Shown: positions 48,726 to 58,105 of the stretch, piece by piece
How the letters are laid out: each line of letters opens with the position of its first letter
Position numbering within the stretch: the stretch's first letter is position 1
Source: a virus
Strand: one strand, 5' to 3'
DNA: 64,000 bases
IMG/VR virus record: IMGVR_UViG_3300031965_000004
Location: 30,430 to 94,429 of that record
The notes under the pieces: generated by a model
Database searches by the model: none
Told to the model about the DNA's origin: nothing
The model's input: only the letters and a program-made list of their open reading frames with translations
Translations under genes and position numbers: made by a program

Positions 48726-50449
48726 GCGCCGATCGCCTCCAGCAGAAGCAGGCAGTTGCGGTGAACGTAATCGGAGAGCGCGAAGAACGCCACCGGGTCC
48801 CGCAGGTAGACCCCGGGCTCGTGAGGGGTGCGCATGAACGCGCCTGGCTGGCGTGCCTCGAGGCCACGGAACATGACCTGGTATGCTGACTCCCCGCTTC
48901 TGCGGCTCGAATACCTCAGCCAAACCGGCCACCAAACGAACGGTTCTCGCTCGTGGCGTCGGAACTGAGGGGACTGTGGCGAGAGTCCAGCGCCGATCGC
49001 CATGGCGCGCACGTCAGCCGAGTAGGACTCAACGAGGTAATGGTCCGTCCCGAGTTGGTTTGCCCTAGGGGGGAGGGTATACCGTTGCCGCAAGCGCGAC
49101 GCGAACACCCGCTCCAGCGGGTCAGTGGACAGTCGGTCGAGCTCGCCGCGCCGCCACTTGTGCAGGATCAGGTCCCGGTGCTCGTCCTCGTTTGACGCTT
49201 CTCGCTCGAGGCGGCGGATCGAGCGGTCGCCGGGGTTGGGGGCGTTGGAGGGTTCCGACCACTCGCTCACGTCGCCGGCCTCCCTGAGTCGGGCGAGGAG
49301 CGCGGTCGCTCGCTCGGGGTGCAAGTATCCCTGATTCCGGTCGACGTAGACGGCCCAGGCGAGGTCCTGCAACCTCTCGCCGTATCGGCCGAGCCCGCCG
49401 CCGAGGACCGGGTCCAATGCGCCAGCGCGAGAGGGGCCTTGCCGAAGGAGGTCCTCGACGTGTCTCGCGAGAACTTCTCCGCGACGGAGCGCGTGCCCGC
49501 CGTCCACGAGCACGGGGCCCGTTGGCGTCTCCACCCACTGGTCAATCCCGCCTTCAGGCTTCGTCCACCCAGGCACGTTGAGTTGCTCGTGCCAGTCCTG
49601 CCACCGGCTGGCCCAACGCGGGCGCTCGCCGCGGACGCATTCGCGAACGATCACAGCTTCTTCGGGGTGCCAAGCGAAGACCTTGGGCACGAAGCGAGCC
49701 GTCTGCGGGTGGGCTTTGGCGGCGCGCAGCCAAGCCACTTCCTCGCTGAGGATCTCCCCGCCCGGGTCCAGGTGATGGGCGACCTTGAAGGCGATCCCGC
49801 GGGCGTCGCAGAACACGGAGCCGCTTCCGCCCGCGCCCTGAAACTCGAGCGGGGGCACAGCTCCAACGGCGAGGACCCGCTCGACCTCGTGGGCGGGGTC
49901 CACGCTCTTGAGCCGGGCGGCAACGTAGTCCGGGTCGATCACCAGGTCGCGCCAGTTCCGAGCGCCCGGGTTGCGCTTGTCGATCACGCGGAAGGGGCCG
50001 CCGTGCTCGGTCCATAGTTCGTCGACGGCGGCCTCGAGCGTCGGCATGTAGTGGTGCCCGAAGGGCACGGTCTCCGCGCCGTGGTCGAGGCCGAACCGGG
50101 TCACTTGGACGCTGCCTGGAGGAGCGTCCGGGCGGCGAGTTTGGTGAATCATGACCTCCTCGCCGCGCTCGCCAAAGGCAACGCGAAGGTGCCGGGCGCC
50201 TTCGATCTCAGCGAGAAAGGCCGTCTTTCCGGTCGCCTTGTCGATCGTCCGACGTAGGAGGTCCAGCACGCGGACCTCGGCGGCGTTGTCCGGGTCTGCC
50301 AACGCCTCGAGCCAACCCAACTCCTCCTCAGCTCGCCGCGGCGGGAACTCGCCGCGGGACACCAAGCCTGCGAGGCGGATCGCTTGGGGCCCGACAGGCG
50401 CCTCCAGGTCGCAGGCCCACAAGGGGTGGGGGTCAAACCACCCGGCCAC
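48722..50449 (-). CDS. multidomain NP-delimited protein with a protein-kinase-like domain
   Basis: KRNP | GAGGSGSVF..AFKVA..EE..VPKV..IVRECV..VLVDGG | APNP. Confidence 0.6.
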   Translation of the reverse strand: MAGWFDPHPLWACDLEAPVGPQAIRLAGLVSRGEFPPRRAEEELGWLEALADPDNAAEVRVLDLLRRTIDKATGKTAFLAEIEGARHLRVAFGERGEEVMIHQTRRPDAPPGSVQVTRFGLDHGAETVPFGHHYMPTLEAAVDELWTEHGGPFRVIDKRNPGARNWRDLVIDPDYVAARLKSVDPAHEVERVLAVGAVPPLEFQGAGGSGSVFCDARGIAFKVAHHLDPGGEILSEEVAWLRAAKAHPQTARFVPKVFAWHPEEAVIVRECVRGERPRWASRWQDWHEQLNVPGWTKPEGGIDQWVETPTGPVLVDGGHALRRGEVLARHVEDLLRQGPSRAGALDPVLGGGLGRYGERLQDLAWAVYVDRNQGYLHPERATALLARLREAGDVSEWSEPSNAPNPGDRSIRRLEREASNEDEHRDLILHKWRRGELDRLSTDPLERVFASRLRQRYTLPPRANQLGTDHYLVESYSADVRAMAIGAGLSPQSPQFRRHEREPFVWWPVWLRYSSRRSGESAYQVMFRGLEARQPGAFMRTPHEPGVYLRDPVAFFALSDYVHRNCLLLLEAIGA

Positions 50450-50453
50450 GGCG

Positions 50454-50639
50454 CTACTTCAGCCGCAGCGGGCTCTGCTTGAGCCCGTGCGTGAGGGCGA
50501 AGGCCCCGACGCCGAGCGCGGCCCAGAACACGGGCTGGGGCGGATACTTGCCGGTCGCCTTGTAGACCTGTTGCAGAGCCCACCCGCTCGCGAGGCCGGC
50601 GACGGCGCTCATGGCGGCGTTTCTGGCGAGCGAGCCCAC
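50454..50639 (-). CDS. small membrane protein
   Basis: Two hydrophobic segments. Confidence 0.55.
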   Translation of the reverse strand: MGSLARNAAMSAVAGLASGWALQQVYKATGKYPPQPVFWAALGVGAFALTHGLKQSPLRLK

Positions 50640-51121
50640 TAGAAGCCCTCGCCGCCCATGCCCGAGACGCCCATGCCGCCAAACGACTCGGCCGCGTAGG
50701 GGTGCGCGTTGGGGTCAGTGGCGGCCGGCGCTTGCTGCTGCGAGCTCGCCTGGAGGTCCCCCCAGCTCGGCGCGCGCTGAACCGAGCGCGAGTGACGAGC
50801 GGAGCTTGCGGGCAGGGCCACGATCGGGATCCCGTTGGGATCCATGCCCATCAGGCCCCCGCCCATGGCCGGGTTGGAGTCGTCGACCAGCATGGTTCCC
50901 CCGGGCGCTTGCACCTGCTGCAAGGTCGCTTGCTGCGGCTGCCCGGGGCCGGGCGCGGGGCCTTGTCCGAGGGTCTTCCAGGCGTTCCACGCCATGAACG
51001 CGACGCCGGCCGTCGCCAGCCAGCCCACGGGGCTCATTTGCGGGATCCCCCACTTGCTCTTTTCTGCCACCAGGAGCTCCTTGTGGGCCGTGTGAGGCCC
51101 ACCGTCCTTCGATCTTCGCAC
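50639..51121 (-). CDS. membrane protein with GMG motifs
   Basis: N-terminal TM; GGMGVSGMGG at the C-terminus; start uncertain. Confidence 0.55.
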   Translation of the reverse strand: MRRSKDGGPHTAHKELLVAEKSKWGIPQMSPVGWLATAGVAFMAWNAWKTLGQGPAPGPGQPQQATLQQVQAPGGTMLVDDSNPAMGGGLMGMDPNGIPIVALPASSARHSRSVQRAPSWGDLQASSQQQAPAATDPNAHPYAAESFGGMGVSGMGGEGF

Positions 51122-51176
51122 ACCTGACCCCAGCGGGGCCAGCGAAGAGAGCAGAGATTACGGACTCTCCAATGAC

Positions 51177-51208
51177 GTTGCAGACACGAAGCCTCTGCAC
51201 GGGCGTCG
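51177..51208 (-). CRISPR. detached repeat unit distal to the downstream array
   Basis: GTTGCAGACACGAAGCCTCTGCACGGGCGTCG on the + strand. Confidence 0.8.
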
Positions 51209-51212
51209 CCTG

Positions 51213-51590
51213 CTAGACCCTCGGCCGCGGATACGAAGCCGCGGCCTTGCGGAGAAGCGTGACGAGCACGTCGATTCGATCGGTTCGCTTGAGGATCGTG
51301 GCGAGGTCGGCGCGGATCTCTACGTCGAGGCGCTCCTGCTCGTTGACGAGCCGGTCGAGGACCCCGTGGATCAAGGCGAGGTCAGCGGAAGTCGTCGTCC
51401 TGAGGACTCGCACACCGCTGCCAACGTGTTGTTCGCCCGCGGGCCGGCCCGGCCGCCCGCACGCGCACCGCTGATGCTCGTCCTCGTTCGGGTCGCTGAG
51501 GATCAAGTCGAACTTGGACTCTTCGACTTGCCCCGGGAGAAGGAAGGTTTCAATCTCGAGTAGAACAAGAACAGCGATCGTGTCGGGCAT
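51213..51590 (-). CDS. hypothetical protein lying between CRISPR repeats
   Basis: 125-aa ORF between the repeats at 51608 and 51177. Confidence 0.55.
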   Translation of the reverse strand: MPDTIAVLVLLEIETFLLPGQVEESKFDLILSDPNEDEHQRCACGRPGRPAGEQHVGSGVRVLRTTTSADLALIHGVLDRLVNEQERLDVEIRADLATILKRTDRIDVLVTLLRKAAASYPRPRV

Positions 51591-51607
51591 GAGGTCTCTC
51601 GAATGAC

Positions 51608-52161
51608 GTCGCAGAAACGAGGCCCCTGCGCGGGCGTTGGGATCCGTCTACGTCTGGCCACAGATACGAAGCCTCTGCACAGGCGTTGGAGAAGTCGTCA
51701 TCGGCGCAGAAACGAAGCCACTGCGCGGGCGTTGGGGGCGGTGAACTCAACGCCGAGAGTCGCAGACACGAGGCCCCTGCGCGGGCGTTGAAGGAAGCTG
51801 GCGGCGAAAGGAGGGGCGCGCGAGCCCTGACGGGTCGCAGACACGAGGCCCCTGCGCAGGCGTTGAACTCTACCCGTCGAGAGTTGCAGACACGAAGCCT
51901 CTGCACGGGCGTTGGGTGATTCCTTCCTCCCGTCGCAGGCACGAGGCCCCTGCGCGGGCGTTCACTCCCTGCACTCTGTCGCAGACACCAAGCCTCCGCG
52001 CGGGCGTTGAGGGCGCGCAGTCTACATCCCTGACGACCTGGCAACCAGGGTCGCAGATACCAAGCCTCCGCGCGGGCGTTGAGGGCAGAGGGGTTCTCCC
52101 CGGATTGGTTGCGCGTACGGCCCGTGTCGCAGATACCAAGCCTCCGCGCGGGCGTTGAGGG
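51608..52161 (-). CRISPR. CRISPR array downstream of the cas12-like gene, 10 repeats
   Basis: 32-nt cores at 51608, 51657, 51703, 51759, 51834, 51883, 51932, 51978, 52050, 52126; leader-proximal 36-nt repeat (minus) CCCTCAACGCCCGCGCGGAGGCTTGGTATCTGCGAC; gaps between cores 17, 14, 24, 43, 17, 17, 14, 40, 44 nt. Confidence 0.9.
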
Positions 52162-52335
52162 AGAGGGGTTCATAACTTATTGACCGCAAGTGATTTAGTC
52201 GAGTCATTTCGAGCGCATGGGAAAGGGAAGGGCCGCGGGGCGGCGAGCAATCTTCGGATCTTCGTAAGTCGTTGTGGCGACGGACGCGAGCACCTCCGGC
52301 GGTTTCGAGAGGCCGGAGGTGCTCGCGCGGCAAGG
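52162..52335 (-). promoter_or_regulatory. putative array leader
   Basis: Non-coding, locally AT-rich (CATAACTTATTGACC...GATTTAGTC) between the effector stop and the most homogeneous repeats. Confidence 0.5.
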
Positions 52336-54246
52336 TCAACTTCTGGCGAGCTCGACCAGGGCGCCGGCCTCGTGCGCGGCGTTCTCCCTCGCCGCGGCGC
52401 TTGCCGCCCGCCGTTCGGCTCGGTTCGGTCCGGTCGTCGTGTAGGTCATGAGGTCGCCAGGGGCGTAGGGCTCACGCACCCAGCCGCCGTCCGGGCCGGC
52501 GCCGAGAATGTTCCTGGCTGCGTTTACGTCCTGGTCCCACCGCAGGCCGCACGCCGAGCAGGTATGCAGGAGGAGGAGGTGGTCCGTCCACTCGCTGTCG
52601 ACCGACCCGCAAGCGTGACAGCGCGTGGTCGTCTCCGCCGCTTCAACTGCGCTCACGTCCGCCCCGCGGCCTTTGAGCGACTCGATCAGGCTCGAGAGAC
52701 AGGCGTTGCGCGCGTTGCGCTTCATGCGGTCTGCCTTCGCGGTCTGCCCCTCCTCGACAAGCGGGAGAACGTGAAACTCGCGCAGGTCGAGCTTCTCGAT
52801 CCGAATCTCCCTGTAGGTCCGGGTCATGCGGGCGGCGAAGCGCCGGTAGAGGTCCTTGCGGCTCGCTTGGAGCTGGGTGCGCGTGTGGGCCTCGTAGTCG
52901 AGGAGGTGCCGCTCGCGCAGCCGCCAAGCCTCGATCTCGGCAGGCACGGCTTCTCCCTTGTCGGCGAGCGCGCGGGTCAAGCTCCGCACCCGGGCCTGGG
53001 ACCGCGTGTGAGAAAGGCCCGTGGACACGGGCTTCCCGTCCCGCCGTGGGGGCACGCGACCCTGGGCCTCGAGCGCCTTGACCCACTCGAAAACGAAGGG
53101 CCGGATCGCGTCGAGGAGTCGATCGCGCTCGCTCTGGATCCGCTTGACCTTCTCCATTTCTGCACACCAGCGCGCCGGGAGCGCGAGCTCGCCCTCGGCG
53201 CCGTCTGAACCGGCCCAGACCGCGACGCGCAGTCGCCCGTCTGACATGCGTCGCCAGCCGACGTCGACTCCAACGCGGCCATTGGAGGCCAGGTCGGGCT
53301 TGGTCCACGCGCCCTTCTCGGCGCTGAGGACAAACTGGACCGACCACACGTCCTGGCAGCCCAGGTTTCTGCGGGTGCAGAAGACCCGCTTGACGACGGC
53401 GTCAGGCGGGAGGGGCCGGTGATAGACGAAGGGGATCTCCGCCCAGATCGCGGACCGTGACGAGTCGGCCTGCGAGCCGATTCGCAGGCTCAGCGATCCC
53501 TGGAGGCGCCCTGCGGCACGCTTGGACCCAGGGATCGCCGAAGGTCGGTGCGAGACTACGAGCTTCGCCTGCGTGGAGGTCCCCGAGAGGAGTTTCGCCA
53601 CGCTCATGCCGCCCGGGACTTGGACCTCGATCTTGTCCTTGCGACACGACCAGGGCCGAAACTTGGGGGGCGAGCCCTTGCGCATGCTCTTGCATGCGTC
53701 GTCCACGGCCCCGCCTGTGCCCCAATAGAGGCCATTCAGGGCGCGGGCCGCCTTTCGCGCGACGTCCTCTTTGGCTTCGATCAGCGCATACGCTTCGATC
53801 CAGGCGGGGTCTGCGAACAGCTCCGCCCGGATCGCCTTGCGCGAGGCGTAAAGCGCCTTGCGCGAGGCGCGAGCAACCTTGAGCGCCTCGCTCAAGGTTG
53901 GATCCTTGACGTTCTTCGAGCGCTTCGCCTTCCGAAGGCGTTTGACCGCCGACTCGAGGCGCTCGATCTCCCCGATCACCCCCCAGCCGGCCTCCGCGGG
54001 AGCCCCCGAGTCGGGGTCGGCTTTGCTGCTCGCGGCCCCGATCAAGTCCTCGACCGCGAGCAGCTCGGGCGAGAGCCTCGCGAGCAGCTCGTCGGCCTCG
54101 GCGCGACGCTCGAGCTCGATCTCGCAGCGCTTGTTCCGGTAGACGTGCGCTCGCTGGAATTGCTCCTGGACGCCGTCCAGGTTGGAGGTCGGAGGCCGGG
54201 CGCCGTATTTGAAGACGCGACCGTCTCCCTGCATTTTGTTTCTCAT
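52336..54246 (-). CDS. Cas12m-like (type V-U1/V-M, TnpB-derived) RNA-guided RuvC effector, ~636 aa
   Basis: VFKYG..P...AHVYRNKRCEIE, GLYWGT, HRPLPPDAVVK; RuvC-I GVDVGWR, RuvC-II IEKLDL, Zn finger CHAC/CSAC, RuvC-III DQDVNAARNIL; flanked by arrays. Confidence 0.85.
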   Translation of the reverse strand: MRNKMQGDGRVFKYGARPPTSNLDGVQEQFQRAHVYRNKRCEIELERRAEADELLARLSPELLAVEDLIGAASSKADPDSGAPAEAGWGVIGEIERLESAVKRLRKAKRSKNVKDPTLSEALKVARASRKALYASRKAIRAELFADPAWIEAYALIEAKEDVARKAARALNGLYWGTGGAVDDACKSMRKGSPPKFRPWSCRKDKIEVQVPGGMSVAKLLSGTSTQAKLVVSHRPSAIPGSKRAAGRLQGSLSLRIGSQADSSRSAIWAEIPFVYHRPLPPDAVVKRVFCTRRNLGCQDVWSVQFVLSAEKGAWTKPDLASNGRVGVDVGWRRMSDGRLRVAVWAGSDGAEGELALPARWCAEMEKVKRIQSERDRLLDAIRPFVFEWVKALEAQGRVPPRRDGKPVSTGLSHTRSQARVRSLTRALADKGEAVPAEIEAWRLRERHLLDYEAHTRTQLQASRKDLYRRFAARMTRTYREIRIEKLDLREFHVLPLVEEGQTAKADRMKRNARNACLSSLIESLKGRGADVSAVEAAETTTRCHACGSVDSEWTDHLLLLHTCSACGLRWDQDVNAARNILGAGPDGGWVREPYAPGDLMTYTTTGPNRAERRAASAAARENAAHEAGALVELARS

Positions 54247-54290
54247 GGCGTAACTCTTAGGGGGGCTAGGTGGTGGGAAAGGAGATCCTG

Positions 54291-54662
54291 GTCGCGGACA
54301 CGAAGCCTCCGCACGGGCGTTCGAGGTGGTGGGCGGGTCGGTAACAGAAACGAAGCCTCTGTGCGGGCGTGAGTTGCTGCTTGAAGACGGGGCGCGGATA
54401 CAAAGCCTCTGCGCGGGCGTGGAGGAAGCCGCATCCGTCTTCGTGGTTGCAGACACGAAGCCTCCGCACGGGCGTTGAAGGCGTTCTTCCAGGTGATCGC
54501 AGACAGGAAGCCTCTGCGCGGGCGTTTCGCCCCTCTCTCGACGTCGCAGACAGGAAGCCTCTGCGCAGGCGTGGTCGATCCCTCATGCAGTCAGTAACAG
54601 AAACAAAGCCTCTGCGCAGGCGTTCGTAGGGTCGCAGACTGGAAGCCTCTGCGCGGGCGTCA
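54291..54662 (-). CRISPR. CRISPR array upstream of the cas12-like gene, 8 diverged repeats with short spacers
   Basis: Cores at 54291, 54341, 54391, 54446, 54496, 54543, 54594, 54631; gaps 18, 18, 23, 18, 15, 19, 5 nt. Confidence 0.85.
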
Positions 54663-54863
54663 GGACGCAGGGGGTCCGGGTCGGCGGAACTTCATGGGGT
54701 GGCCTGCGGGAAGGGCACAGGCCGCCCGCTCGAACCAGAAGGCGGCTTCTCGGATCCGCCCCTCAGGACCTGGGCCCCACACGACGGGGCCCGGGTCAGG
54801 GGCCGTTCGGCGAAGGGCGTCGCGGAGCTGCTCGAGCTCGTGATCGTAGAGATCGTCGGTCAT
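54660..54863 (-). CDS. hypothetical protein
   Basis: Stop codon overlaps the first repeat of the upstream array. Confidence 0.45.
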   Translation of the reverse strand: MTDDLYDHELEQLRDALRRTAPDPGPVVWGPGPEGRIREAAFWFERAACALPAGHPMKFRRPGPPAS

Positions 54864-55882
54864 ACCCACTCGACGACCTCGCCCGGCTTGTCGTGCGAGT
54901 GGAGTTCGGCCAAGTGATCGGCGACCTCAGCCAGCGCCTCGCGAACGTCGGCACCGACGTTCGCGCCGAGCGGATCCAGCGCCGCCAAGAGGTCGCGACG
55001 GGCGTGCTCGGTCTCCTCGACCTCACGCGCCGTTTGCGCCGCCTCCTCTTGGGGGGTAGGGGGGGGCGAGGGAAGCGGGAGACTCCAACGACGCTCATGG
55101 CTCGCCATAAGCGTCCGGGCGGACCTAATCACGAGAACCGCGGCCTCATCGGCCTCCGACGCCTTCGCCTCCGCGCGCTCGGCCGCCCATTGGGCGAGAG
55201 CGGACGCGAGGGCCTCCGCCCAGGCACCCGCGTCCGGGCCGGGAAACGCCAACCCGCGGAGCGCCAGCGCGTAGTAGCCCTGGCGGTCGAGGGCCTCAAT
55301 CCAGTGCATGGCGACGTGGACTGGCTGGCCCCCCTTCGGGGCCCCGTTTCGGGGCCCCGCCCGGACTCCGCCCGGAGTCGGCGTCAGTTCCGCGGCGGTC
55401 AGCGCCGCTTCGTAGGCGTCCGTCGCGGCGCGCCAAACCGTCTCGTGCAAAAGCAGCCGAATCGCCCGCTGGGCGGCTTCTCGATACGCCTCGCCGTCCG
55501 CGGCGTTCCAGCGGGCGGCGCCCAACCCAGCCGCCCAGGGCTGGCGGGCGGAGCGACCGTTGCAGCCGCCCATGCCGCCGGGGCCGCCGCAGCCGGCGAG
55601 GTCCACCTGAATCAGGGCGGCGCAGGCGAGGCGGACCTCGCGGGACCACTTGGCCACCGCCTCGGCGACGCTCTCGTTTCGCCACGTCGGCGAGACGGTG
55701 ATGGGCACGACCGCGACCGCGCGGCGGGCGGCGTGGCAGGTGGCGAGCACGCGCCACTTCGCTCGATCCGCCGCGGTCCCGCGGATTGCGTCGAGGACGG
55801 TCTCCGGGGCGCAACCCGCTGTCTCTAGCCGCTTCTTGAGGGCGGCGGCGGTCTCAGGCGGAGGTGCGGCCAGAGGGCTCAT
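54860..55882 (-). CDS. Ala-rich hypothetical protein
   Basis: ATGA-coupled ORF. Confidence 0.55.
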   Translation of the reverse strand: MSPLAAPPPETAAALKKRLETAGCAPETVLDAIRGTAADRAKWRVLATCHAARRAVAVVPITVSPTWRNESVAEAVAKWSREVRLACAALIQVDLAGCGGPGGMGGCNGRSARQPWAAGLGAARWNAADGEAYREAAQRAIRLLLHETVWRAATDAYEAALTAAELTPTPGGVRAGPRNGAPKGGQPVHVAMHWIEALDRQGYYALALRGLAFPGPDAGAWAEALASALAQWAAERAEAKASEADEAAVLVIRSARTLMASHERRWSLPLPSPPPTPQEEAAQTAREVEETEHARRDLLAALDPLGANVGADVREALAEVADHLAELHSHDKPGEVVEWV

Positions 55883-56172
55883 GCGTCGTCCTCGCGGACG
55901 ACGCTGACCTCGCGCCAGTCCCCGTCGCACTCCGGCGGGTCGGCAGCTCCGTTGGCGTCGTATCCCTCGAGCGCGCCGAGCTCCGAGTCGTCGAGGTCGC
56001 AGAGCGCCCACGTCACGGTGCCGTCACTGCGATCGTGCGTCCGACAGACGACGACGCCGAGCTCCGAGTCGATCCCGTAGGACTCCTCGACCATTTGCCC
56101 CTGGCAGGATCGCGGAATTCCGAGACGGAGCCAGTAAGGGATTTCGTAGGTCGGCTTGGTCGGCTTGGTCAT
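55879..56172 (-). CDS. acidic hypothetical protein
   Basis: MTKPTKPTYEIP... Confidence 0.5.
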   Translation of the reverse strand: MTKPTKPTYEIPYWLRLGIPRSCQGQMVEESYGIDSELGVVVCRTHDRSDGTVTWALCDLDDSELGALEGYDANGAADPPECDGDWREVSVVREDDA

Positions 56173-56497
56173 GGTGGGTCTCGTGGGTGTGTTGTGTGAG
56201 ACGCCCGAAACGGCGCCTCCTGACGGGTCGGCGTGGCTCATGCGACCCACTCCCCGCCCAGGAGGACGGTCGAGGCGCAGATCATGATTGACGCCTCGGG
56301 CCGATCCGCCTCGGGCAACTCCGCCACGAGCTCCTCGCCGGCGGGCGCCGGCCACCACCGCCCGCCCGCCTGGTCCGTGACGGTCCAGGCGCCGTGGAGC
56401 CTCTCGGCGCTGAGGCCGAGAGGCTCACAGGCATCCGCGAGGGCGGAGTGTCCCGCCTCGAATACGTAGGCCGACACGGCCTTACGGGCGGCGGGGC

Positions 56498-57390
56498 TCA
56501 CTGCCCGACTCCCTTCGCGGCGCACGCCCCGCAAACGGGGGTGAGCTCGCTGTAGGTGAGGTAGCGCCCCTCACCGTCGCAGCCCTGCGTGTGGCACGGT
56601 AGCGGGGGTAGCGGGGGGCCGGTCTCGTCCTCGTCCTCGTCGTCCTCGTCCTCCGTGAGAGAGATGAACCACGAGGGCCCGGCCTTGGCGAGGGCCTCGT
56701 CGAGCTGCTTCTGATCGGCGGGCGGGAGCTCGTCGAACTTGGCGTTCCACTCGTCGTCGCCCAAGCCCGGCCACGGATCTCGCTCGAGGTAGGGGTTCTG
56801 CGGCAGGGCCAGGACCTTCCCCGCCTTGGGCTTGGCCTTGGGCGCCTTGGGCGCCTTGGGCGCCTTGGGCGCCTTGGGCGCCTTGGGCGCCTTGGGCGCC
56901 TTGGGCGCCTTGGGGGGAGCCATGACCGGGGCCGGGGGCTCGGGAGCCGGGGCGGGAGCGGGAGCGGGAGCGGGAGCGGGAGCGGGAGCGGGAGCGGGAG
57001 CCTTGCCTTTGGGGGCCTTGGGGGCCTTGGGAGCCTTGCCTTTGGGGGCCTTGGGGGCCTTGGCCTTGGTCTTAGGCGGGGGGACGGGGGGGACCGGGGC
57101 CTTTGGGGGAGCCTTGGCCGCCTTGGGCTTGGGGGCCGCTGCGAGGGCCCCCGCGTCACCCGCGGGGCAGATCAGCAGTTGCTCCTTCGTCCAGCGGCGG
57201 TGAGATCGCCGTTGCAGGTGCTCGCCGACGAGCACCTGCCAGATCGGGCCCGAGGCGCCCTTGTCCGGGCCGCGCGCGATCGTGACGATCTCGCGCGAGC
57301 AGTGGCCATGGGGGTCCCTCAAGTCGGCCCACCAGCGCTCACCCCTGCGGGGTCGTTGGCCGGTGCCGGTCAGGGTCTGCGATTGCGTGC

Positions 57391-57394
<4 letters not shown>
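56498..57394 (-). CDS. low-complexity KAP/PA-repeat protein
   Basis: (KAP)n from 9-bp repeats at ~56820-56890; (PA)n from 6-bp repeats at ~56950-57000; AGGAG RBS. Confidence 0.6.
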
Positions 57395-57668
<274 letters not shown>

Positions 57669-57672
<4 letters not shown>

Positions 57673-57989
57673 GCGTCGATCCCCTCAGCCGCCTCAGACT
57701 GCTCGCGCGCCGCGCGCCGTGCGAGCGCCGCAGTAGCGTGGCCCTGGTGTTCCCCGACCGTCCGAATCGACCCGTCAGGGCGGGCCTCCCTGACCGTATA
57801 GAGGCGCGGACCGTCCGGGCCGCTCGAGCCCTCATAGCGCTCAGACGTGATGAAAAACCGTCCGCCGATCACGTCGGGGAGGACGACGCTGGAGAAAAAC
57901 TCCAGCGCCTCAGGCTCGAAAAAATGGTGGCCGCGGCGCGCGTTCGCGCGCCGGATCTCGTGGATGGTGCTGTAGTGGACCTTGGTCAT
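57669..57989 (-). CDS. conserved phage hypothetical protein
   Basis: N..GHHFF....EFFSS...FFITSE...R.YTVR pattern recalled from small phage early proteins. Confidence 0.55.
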
Positions 57990-58028
57990 TGCGGGTTCTC
58001 GTGGGTAGGCAGGTGGGTAGATGGAAGA

Positions 58029-58101
58029 TAGTCCCGGCGGGATTCGAACCCACAACGATCAGCTTAGAAGGCTGATGCCCTATCCATTGGGCTACGGGAC
58101 C
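58029..58101 (-). tRNA. tRNA-Arg (anticodon UCU), CCA not encoded
   Basis: GGTCCCG-TA-GCCCAATGGATAGGGC-A-TCAGC-CTTCTAA-GCTGA-TCGTT-GTGGG-TTCGAAT-CCCGC-CGGGACT-A folds as a cloverleaf. Confidence 0.92.
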
Positions 58102-58105
58102 GGGG

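Noticed and set aside
51550-52339. ORFs over the arrays (e.g. 51550-52173, and 54266-54586 over the other array)
   Set aside because: Their repeated peptides (NARAEA, RGFVSAT) are just translations of the CRISPR repeat
52336-54246. IS200/IS605 or IS607 transposon TnpB
   Set aside because: No adjacent tnpA or IS ends seen; protein is longer than typical TnpB and is flanked by repeat-spacer arrays
54247-54456. N-terminal 70-aa extension of the 706-aa ORF in the track
   Set aside because: It is translated CRISPR repeats; ATG 54246 gives a Cas12m-like N-terminus and size
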